The notes under the pieces were generated by a model. The model did no database searches, was not told the DNA's origin, and saw only the letters and a list, made by a program, of their open reading frames with translations. A program made the position numbers and the translations under genes. A DNA stretch of 64,000 nt from Gammaproteobacteria bacterium. GTDB lineage: Bacteria; Pseudomonadota; Gammaproteobacteria; UBA4575. The stretch spans positions 612,861 through 676,860 of the forward strand of contig OY730298.1 in NCBI GenBank assembly GCA_963422595.1. The letters run 5' to 3'. Shown here piece by piece: positions 57,009 to 64,000 of this stretch. Position 1 is the first letter of the stretch, and each line of letters starts with the position of its first letter.

Positions 57009-57692
57009 ATCTGATGCTTCCTGTGCCTTGCAGTTTAATCATGGTGGCGTACTCACGGTTCTGAAATAAACGTATCAAACCCCTCGCAGAGATGCTTCAG
57101 CTTCGCAGTTAATGAACGCAGTGGAAATTATATTAGTCGAACGTTGCGGCTACTTAAACTACTGCTGCCAGGTTTTTTATCACAATTACTACAAGTCGCA
57201 GAAAACACCATAATCCGTACTCCCACCACCTTCGCGGGCATTAAAAATCTCTTGACAAACGGGTAACAATTATGATAAAAAGTGCGCGAGTATTTTCTGC
57301 GAAAGCCGCGCTAAAGATAGCTAAACCCTGACTACGCTCGCGATAACAAACTACCGTCATCATCGAAGTGCTTTGACATGGTTTGCCTGCCGTGTGCGCT
57401 TACCGCTACCCCCCATAACGAAGCACTATAACGTAGAGAAAATTACCAACATTTTTGCCGTATGGCGGCACGGTTAAATCTTTGTTAAATCAGGTGGTTA
57501 CGAGCTTAAGTCGTCAAATCGGCAACAGTTCGTAATGACAGCTGACGACGCAAAGGGCGGCTAGGGACGAAAAAAAATTGTTTTTTCGGCATTTTGAACG
57601 TCACCACAATTCGGCAAAGACGTTTCGCACTACCGCTTACGCTTATAATACCTGCTGAATGCAGGCAATCCATTTAGCCAGTACCACTGGTG

Positions 57693-58511
57693 TTATGGCA
57701 TGATTTCAATAGGCGTTCCAACTTCGACGAAGCCCCAGATTTCATCCATGTCATTATTACGAACCGCGATACTTCCATTAGTCCAATCCCATAAACCAAG
57801 TATCCACCAGGCCCAGCCGAAACCATCAGGTTGTCCGTGAATCATAATTGCGCCACCCGGGAGAACCCCAGCCTCCTGCGCCCGCTTGCGCTCCTCGTTA
57901 TTGGGGTACGAGACGTGTATGGACTTATAAAATCTGCTATTTTCGTTTTTGGCATCTAACACATACGAACCTTCAGGGGTACGTCCATCATCTTGTATTT
58001 GTTTAGGCCCCGCGGCATTAGCCCCCAGTTTGACGGCATAGGTGCGATACGCCTTGCCGTTTTTTATAAGATAGAGCCTGCGCTCATGCTTCCTGACAAG
58101 CACCGCATCTGCGGTTAGCAAATTAGTGAGTTCAGAAACCTCTTTACCGGAAGCATATACTCTGGTTCCCCACCGTTCTCCATAGGCATTAAAATATTTC
58201 CAGACGCCATGTTTTTTGCCGTCGGCATAATTACCCGAAATATGCAAATAGCCACCATCCCATGCCTGCCAGCTACCATGCTTTGCGCCGTCTTTTTCAC
58301 AAAAAACAGCGACCCCCAATTTACTCCAAACCTCACGTTTTTCACTACTGCCGGCACTGCACTGTAGGGCAACATCAGCAAGGGCGTGTTTGGTTTTATT
58401 ATGCTCATATTCCATCATCCAGCCGATCCATAGCGGGCTGGTAAGCAGCAACAACAGCGCGCCCGTAATCAACAGTGCTACAGACCTGCTAAAAAACTTC
58501 CTGATACACAT
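57693..58511 (-). CDS. YkuD/L,D-transpeptidase-fold protein with N-terminal TM anchor and MORN-like repeats; catalytic Cys position occupied by Ser
   Basis: C-terminal …GGAIMIHGQPDGF…TNGSIAVRNNDMDEIW parallels the L,D-transpeptidase SxGCI(R)M(x)NxD(I)xEL motif, with Ser (AGT) where Cys is expected. Confidence 0.55.
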   Translation of the reverse strand: MCIRKFFSRSVALLITGALLLLLTSPLWIGWMMEYEHNKTKHALADVALQCSAGSSEKREVWSKLGVAVFCEKDGAKHGSWQAWDGGYLHISGNYADGKKHGVWKYFNAYGERWGTRVYASGKEVSELTNLLTADAVLVRKHERRLYLIKNGKAYRTYAVKLGANAAGPKQIQDDGRTPEGSYVLDAKNENSRFYKSIHVSYPNNEERKRAQEAGVLPGGAIMIHGQPDGFGWAWWILGLWDWTNGSIAVRNNDMDEIWGFVEVGTPIEIMP

Positions 58512-58674
58512 GTAATTTTCGCGATTCGTTATACAGCTTATAAAATAGTATGTTGATTACTGATGTCCGAGCACGGCAGGTACACTGGCTATACTGTATA
58601 ATAATAACGTCCAGATGATAAATTGTTTACCGCCGGGCAGAGTGAATCATACACCAGTAAAGCATACCTCCTTA

Positions 58675-58875
58675 ATGAATAAGACCCTGATCACCATTGG
58701 CATCATCATTATTGCGGCGGGAATACTCTGGCCGATTATTAGCAAATTGCCCCTCGGCAGGCTGCCAGGCGATATTCTAATCAAAAAAGAGACGTCTCAA
58801 CTGTATTTCCCGATCACCACCATGATCATAATAAGCGTGGTTATCTCCCTGTTTATATGGCTGTTTAGAAAATAA
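58675..58875 (+). CDS. DUF2905-family small membrane protein
   Basis: …LGRLPGDILIKKETSQLYFPITTMIIISVVISLFIWLFRK matches the DUF2905 pattern. Likely start at the ATG at 58675. Confidence 0.7.
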   Translation: MNKTLITIGIIIIAAGILWPIISKLPLGRLPGDILIKKETSQLYFPITTMIIISVVISLFIWLFRK

Positions 58876-59022
58876 ACCAGCAATCTGCTTTGCCTGGTTA
58901 CGGCATCGCCGCGGCCAATTTTGCAGACCATCCTCAGCCACCACCATTCCGAAAACCATCTCGTCCCCCACCAGCAGTCCAAAAATAACAGGAAATCGGC
59001 ATTTTGTTTGCGTTATGAAAAT

Positions 59023-60471
59023 TCAGCGTACCGGCGCCGGAAGCTCCGAGCTTCCCATTAGATAGGCATCAATGCCGCGTGCCGCGCTTCTGCCTTCAGC
59101 AATTGCCCAGACGATCAAACTCTGTCCGCGCTGCATATCTCCGGCGGTAAACACACCCTTCACGCTGGTCATCCAGTTTGCACCGCGCACCACGTTGCCC
59201 CGCACGTTAAGCGCAACCCCCAACTGCTCCAGCATACCGGGTTTCTCCGGGCCCAGAAAGCCCATTGCCAGCAGCGCCAGTTCACAAGGTAATATTTCAT
59301 TACTTCCCGGCACTTCTTCAAAGGTCAGGCGGCCGCCATTGGCATTCACCATCTCCACTGTGACAAGTTCCAGGCCCTTGACGTCACCGTTTGCATCGCC
59401 AATGAAGCGTTTTGTAGATACCGAATAACATCGCTCGACGCCTTCCTCATGTGCGGAAGCAGTACGGAAAATGCGTGGCCACTCCGGCCAGGGATTGTCT
59501 GGCGCGCGCGTAGCAGGCGGCCTGGGCATAATCTCAAGCTGATGTACCGATTTTGCGCCTTGGCGATTCGCACTACCCAGGCAGTCGGCCCCAGTGTCGC
59601 CGCCGCCAATAATGACCACGTGCTTATCCTGCGCGCTGATAAAGTTATCCGGCCTGACGTCGCCTTCGCAAACCTTATTTTGCATAGGCAAATATTCCAT
59701 GGCCTGATGTATGCCTTTGAGTTCGCGTCCTTCTACCGGTAAGTCGCGTGCCGCGCAAGCGCCACCAGCCAATAACAGCGCGTCAAAGTCTGCTCGAACG
59801 TCATCAACGGATATATTGACGCCTACGTGCGCGCTAGTCTTAAACACTACACCTTCCGCGCGCATTTGATCCAGACGCCGATCCAGCGTCCGCTTCTCCA
59901 TTTTAAACTCTGGAATTCCGTAGCGTAACAAGCCACCGATACGATCCGCGCGCTCAAACACCGTAACCTCATGTCCAGCGCGCGCCAGTTGCTGCGCGGC
60001 AGCCAGTCCGGCAGGCCCGGAACCGATCACGCCAACTTTTTTGCCGGTTTTTTTGGTTGCGACTTCAGGCCGTACCCAGCCATTTTCCCAAGCCTTGTCA
60101 ATAATAGTGAGTTCCACGCCCTTGATAGTGACCGCATCATCATTGATACCTAAAACGCAGGCACCTTCACAGGGTGCAGGGCACAGGGTACCGGTAAACT
60201 CGGGGAAATTATTAGTCGCATGTAAGCGTCTGATTGCGTCCCGCCATTGATCCCGGTACGCCAGATCATTCCAATCGGGGATTAAATTTCCCAAAGGACA
60301 GCCCTCATGACAAAACGGAATCCCGCAATCCATGCAACGCGCGGCCTGCTCCTGCAGGGCATCAATTTGCCATGCTGCCATAACCTGGCGCCAGTCCTGC
60401 ACACGCTCTTCAATAGAGCGATAAGGTTGCGGTGCACGCGCGTACTCCATAAAGCCAGTGACTTTAGCCAT
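59023..60471 (-). CDS. gltD: Glutamate synthase small (beta) subunit, NADPH-dependent
   Basis: 482 aa. N-terminal Fe-S Cys motifs. Two Rossmann motifs ([10 protein letters not shown]; [12 protein letters not shown]). Confidence 0.9.
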   Translation of the reverse strand: MAKVTGFMEYARAPQPYRSIEERVQDWRQVMAAWQIDALQEQAARCMDCGIPFCHEGCPLGNLIPDWNDLAYRDQWRDAIRRLHATNNFPEFTGTLCPAPCEGACVLGINDDAVTIKGVELTIIDKAWENGWVRPEVATKKTGKKVGVIGSGPAGLAAAQQLARAGHEVTVFERADRIGGLLRYGIPEFKMEKRTLDRRLDQMRAEGVVFKTSAHVGVNISVDDVRADFDALLLAGGACAARDLPVEGRELKGIHQAMEYLPMQNKVCEGDVRPDNFISAQDKHVVIIGGGDTGADCLGSANRQGAKSVHQLEIMPRPPATRAPDNPWPEWPRIFRTASAHEEGVERCYSVSTKRFIGDANGDVKGLELVTVEMVNANGGRLTFEEVPGSNEILPCELALLAMGFLGPEKPGMLEQLGVALNVRGNVVRGANWMTSVKGVFTAGDMQRGQSLIVWAIAEGRSAARGIDAYLMGSSELPAPVR

Positions 60472-63400
60472 GCGCAGCCTCCATCACGGCCTCATCTTCC
60501 GAAGTGCCTGCCTCCCTGGCTTTTTTAATTGCGGCCAATACCCGCTTATAATCTTTGGGCATCACCTTCACGAATTTAGCCTGATATTCGCGCCAATGTC
60601 GTAATATATTTTTTGCCACCGTGCTTTTGGTATATTCAACGTGTTGGATAAGTAAAGACCTGATCATCTCGGTGTCCTCATCATCACAGACTGCTTCTAA
60701 ATCAACCATATCAAGGTTACAGCAAATCCTGAATTGCTCCTTATCAGCCAACACATAAGCGATACCGCCAGACATCCCGGCTGCGAAATTTCTGCCGGTG
60801 GCACCGATCACGACCACGCGCCCACCCGTCATGTATTCACAAGCGTGATCTCCCACGCCCTCGACAACACTGTTGACGCCACTATTACGCACGCAAAAGC
60901 GTTCTCCGGCAATGCCGCGTATATACGCCTCACCGGCGGTGGCGCCGTACAGTAACACGTTTCCGACGATGATATTTTCTTCCGGCACAAAGGTTGAGTG
61001 CCGCGGTGGATAGACGATGATTTTGCCGCCGGAAAGGCCCTTGCCCAAATAATCGTTAGCATCGCCCTCCAAAGTCATAGTTACACCCTTGGGCACGAAG
61101 GCGCCGAAACTCATGCCCGCGGAACCGTTGAAGTGGATACGAACAGTATCTTCCGGCAAACCTTGCGCGCCGTAGCGTTTAGTAATCTGATAACCCAGAA
61201 TAGTGCCGACCGTTCGGTTAGTATTTTGTATCGGCAAAATAATATCCACTGGCTTACGCTCTTCAATCGCGTCTTTACAAAGAGGCACCAGCGTAGTGAC
61301 GTCCAGCGATTTTTCCAATCCATGCTCTTGCCTGGTGGCACAGTAAACGCCCACCCCTGGAGCCGCCTCGGGTTTATACAAGATATTCGTGAAATCCAAA
61401 CCATGTGCCTTCCAATGGTCAACGGCGCGTCTCGCGTCCACACGGTCAACCTGACCGATCATCTGGTCAATGCTCCTGAAACCCAATTTTGCCATATATT
61501 CCCTGACTTCTTCAGCAATGTACCTGAAAAAGTTCTCTACGAATTCAGGCTGCCCGCTGAACTTCTTGCGTAACCGTGGATTTTGCGTAGCTACGCCCAC
61601 CGGGCAGGTATTCAGGTGACAAACACGCATCATGATGCAGCCCATTACCACCAGCGGTGCTGTGGAGAAGCCGTATTCTTCAGCACCTAACAGCGCCGCC
61701 ACTACCACGTCGCGCCCGGTTTTTAGCTGTCCGTCCGTTTGCACTACGATGCGATCACGCAATCCATTTTGCACCAACACCTGCTGAGTCTCGGCGAGTC
61801 CCAACTCCCAGGGCAGGCCCGCGTGTTTTAACGAGCTAATTGGCGATGCACCGGTGCCGCCGTCATAGCCTGAGATCAATACCACGTCCGCATGCGCCTT
61901 AGACACTCCCGCGGCCACGGTGCCCACGCCCACTTCCGCCACCAACTTTACGTGCACGCGCGCTTGCGGGTTGGCATTCTTTAAGTCGTGAATAAGCTGC
62001 GCCAGATCCTCAATGGAATAAATATCATGGTGTGGTGGTGGAGAAATCAACCCCACGCCAGCGGTAGAGTGGCGCACTTTCGCGATCCATGGATACACCT
62101 TAGTGCCGGGTAATTGACCGCCTTCACCGGGTTTTGCGCCCTGCGCCATTTTAATCTGCAAGTCGTCGGCGTTCACCAAATATTCGCTGGTAACCCCAAA
62201 CCGGCCAGAAGCCACCTGTTTGATAGCACTTCTTCTTAAATCGCCGTTTTCATCTGGTACGTAGCGATGCGAGTCTTCACCACCCTCACCGGTATTAGAT
62301 CTGCCACCGATACGGTTCATCGCGATAGCGAGAGTTTCATGTGCCTCTTTACTGATAGAACCGTAAGACATCGCACCAGTTGAAAACCGTCTCATAATGT
62401 TTGCAATCGGTTCTACCTCTTCTATCGGGATAGGTCGTTTGGCAAATTTAAACTCAAACAACCCGCGTAATGTGGCCAGATTTTCATTCTGATCATTAAC
62501 CTTGTCCGTGTATTCCTTAAAAACACCGTACTGACCAGAGCGCGTGGCATGCTGTAACGTAAACACGGTTTCAGGGTTAAACAAGTGGTACTCACCATCG
62601 CGACGCCATTGATATTCCCCTCCCCACTCCAGATCCGGTCTTTTCACAGGCCGTTGCGGAAAGGCGTGGTGATGACGCAGGCACATCTCCCTGGCGACTT
62701 CTTCCAAGCCGATGCCGCCGATACGCGAGGCCGTCCAGGTGAAATATTTGTCGACGAATTCTTTATGCAGGCCAATCGCCTCAAATATTTGCGCGCCACG
62801 ATAAGACTGTACCGTAGAGATGCCCATCTTAGACATGGTCTTGATAAGCCCTTTATTTATCGCCCTGATAAAGTTTTTAACGGCCGTTTCGTGTTTCATT
62901 TTCGGCAGATAACCCTTGCCGATCATATCGCCTAAAGATTCAAATGCCAGATACGGGTTTACTGCCCCGGCGCCGTAGCCAATCAGCACTGCGAAATGAT
63001 GGATCTCGCGTGGTTCGCCTGATTCAACAATTAAACCGACTTTTGCGCGCGTACCGGCGCGTACCAGGTAGTGATGTACGCCGGCAGTGGCTAATAAAGG
63101 TGGTATTGCAGTTAGCTCATCATTAATCCCACGATCCGAAAGAATGATATTGGTGTAACCCGCATTGATAGCGGTATCGACTTGCGCGGTTACGTCCTTA
63201 AGTGCCTTGTCCAAACCGTCTCCGCCTTGTGCCACCGGATATAGAATGGGGATCATTTTTGTTTTCAAACCGGGCAAATTGACGTCGCGAATCCGCGCCA
63301 ACTCCTCGTTGCTAAGTATTGGTGACTGAAGCTTAATTTGTCGGCAGCTTGCGGGTGTAGGGTTAAGCAGATTTTTTTCCGGGCCAATATTCGTTGCTAT

Positions 63401-64000
63401 CTGCGTAACCAACTCTTCGCGGATGCCATCCAATGGCGGGTTAGTAACCTGAGCGAACAGTTGCTTGAAATAGTCGTATAATAAACGTGATCGATTGGAC
63501 AACACCGCGAGAGCCGTATCGGTACCCATGGAACCAATCGGTTCCATGCCGTTGGTAGCCATTGGTGCCATCAATATTCTTAAATCTTCATGGGTATATC
63601 CGAATGCCTGTTGTCGTTGCAGCAAGGTGTCATAATCCGAGCCATGAATTTGTTTTGGGTGTGGCAGGTTTTCCAGCGGTATCAAATATTCTTTTAGCCA
63701 ATCCGCGTAGGGGTATGCCTGCGTAAACTGCCTTTTGATTTCTGCGTCATCAATGATGCGGCCTTGTCTGGTGTCCACCATAAAAATACGTCCGGGGTGT
63801 AACCGCTCCTTAATCAGTACGTTTTCCGGGGGAATCTCCAATACGCCGACCTCGGATGCCATCACCACCATGTCATCTTTAGTCACGTAATAGCGCGACG
63901 GTCGCAAGCCATTTCTATCTAATACCGCGCCAATGATAGTTCCGTCGGTAAAGGCAATGGATGCGGGGCCGTCCCAGGGCTCCATCAGGCAAGAGTGATA
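60464..64000 (-). CDS. gltB: Glutamate synthase large (alpha) subunit, partial (N-terminus lies beyond the window end)
   Basis: More than 1170 aa of GltB central, FMN and C-terminal GXXDGG domains. The ORF is open to the window edge. Overlaps the gltD start by 8 bp. Confidence 0.9.
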   Translation of the reverse strand, partial: YHSCLMEPWDGPASIAFTDGTIIGAVLDRNGLRPSRYYVTKDDMVVMASEVGVLEIPPENVLIKERLHPGRIFMVDTRQGRIIDDAEIKRQFTQAYPYADWLKEYLIPLENLPHPKQIHGSDYDTLLQRQQAFGYTHEDLRILMAPMATNGMEPIGSMGTDTALAVLSNRSRLLYDYFKQLFAQVTNPPLDGIREELVTQIATNIGPEKNLLNPTPASCRQIKLQSPILSNEELARIRDVNLPGLKTKMIPILYPVAQGGDGLDKALKDVTAQVDTAINAGYTNIILSDRGINDELTAIPPLLATAGVHHYLVRAGTRAKVGLIVESGEPREIHHFAVLIGYGAGAVNPYLAFESLGDMIGKGYLPKMKHETAVKNFIRAINKGLIKTMSKMGISTVQSYRGAQIFEAIGLHKEFVDKYFTWTASRIGGIGLEEVAREMCLRHHHAFPQRPVKRPDLEWGGEYQWRRDGEYHLFNPETVFTLQHATRSGQYGVFKEYTDKVNDQNENLATLRGLFEFKFAKRPIPIEEVEPIANIMRRFSTGAMSYGSISKEAHETLAIAMNRIGGRSNTGEGGEDSHRYVPDENGDLRRSAIKQVASGRFGVTSEYLVNADDLQIKMAQGAKPGEGGQLPGTKVYPWIAKVRHSTAGVGLISPPPHHDIYSIEDLAQLIHDLKNANPQARVHVKLVAEVGVGTVAAGVSKAHADVVLISGYDGGTGASPISSLKHAGLPWELGLAETQQVLVQNGLRDRIVVQTDGQLKTGRDVVVAALLGAEEYGFSTAPLVVMGCIMMRVCHLNTCPVGVATQNPRLRKKFSGQPEFVENFFRYIAEEVREYMAKLGFRSIDQMIGQVDRVDARRAVDHWKAHGLDFTNILYKPEAAPGVGVYCATRQEHGLEKSLDVTTLVPLCKDAIEERKPVDIILPIQNTNRTVGTILGYQITKRYGAQGLPEDTVRIHFNGSAGMSFGAFVPKGVTMTLEGDANDYLGKGLSGGKIIVYPPRHSTFVPEENIIVGNVLLYGATAGEAYIRGIAGERFCVRNSGVNSVVEGVGDHACEYMTGGRVVVIGATGRNFAAGMSGGIAYVLADKEQFRICCNLDMVDLEAVCDDEDTEMIRSLLIQHVEYTKSTVAKNILRHWREYQAKFVKVMPKDYKRVLAAIKKAREAGTSEDEAVMEAAHG

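Overview
This 64-kb window looks like chromosomal DNA from a sulfur-oxidising, gammaproteobacterium-like organism. The evidence is an AprM-type adenylylsulfate reductase locus (aprM-aprB-aprA), two rhodanese genes, a PPi-dependent phosphofructokinase, gltB/gltD, adk, fabA and djlA. Most of the window is housekeeping and redox metabolism at roughly 45-50% GC. Several accessory segments sit inside it. (1) A roughly 5.2-kb high-GC island at 16209-21423 carries a complete MmeI-family Type IIL restriction-modification enzyme, a CoiA-like nuclease gene 3 bp downstream, a divergent pair of unknown genes (one with an R-x5-H, HEPN-like motif), and a 3' remnant of a second, displaced MmeI-family gene. 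(2) A Type II restriction-modification module (a beta-class methyltransferase plus a putative, possibly frameshifted endonuclease) is bracketed by two copies of a short dispersed MITE/REP-like repeat family that has at least four copies in the window. (3) Two tandem, recently duplicated secreted Sel1-repeat protein genes have 6 versus 12 near-identical 108-bp repeat units. (4) A tight four-gene minus-strand operon links a TVP38/DedA-FAD-disulfide-oxidoreductase fusion and an ArsS-like radical SAM enzyme to an RND pump and adaptor with no outer-membrane factor. A cytoplasmic molybdopterin oxidoreductase with an FNR/ferredoxin-type partner is also present. So is a large AT-rich non-coding block downstream of cbbQ (where a cbbO partner would normally lie) and a 680-bp gene-free block between the convergent Sel1 and L,D-transpeptidase-like genes. 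No rRNA, tRNA or CRISPR array was recognised. All calls rest on reading the supplied ORF translations and the nucleotide sequence by eye; no database search was run.
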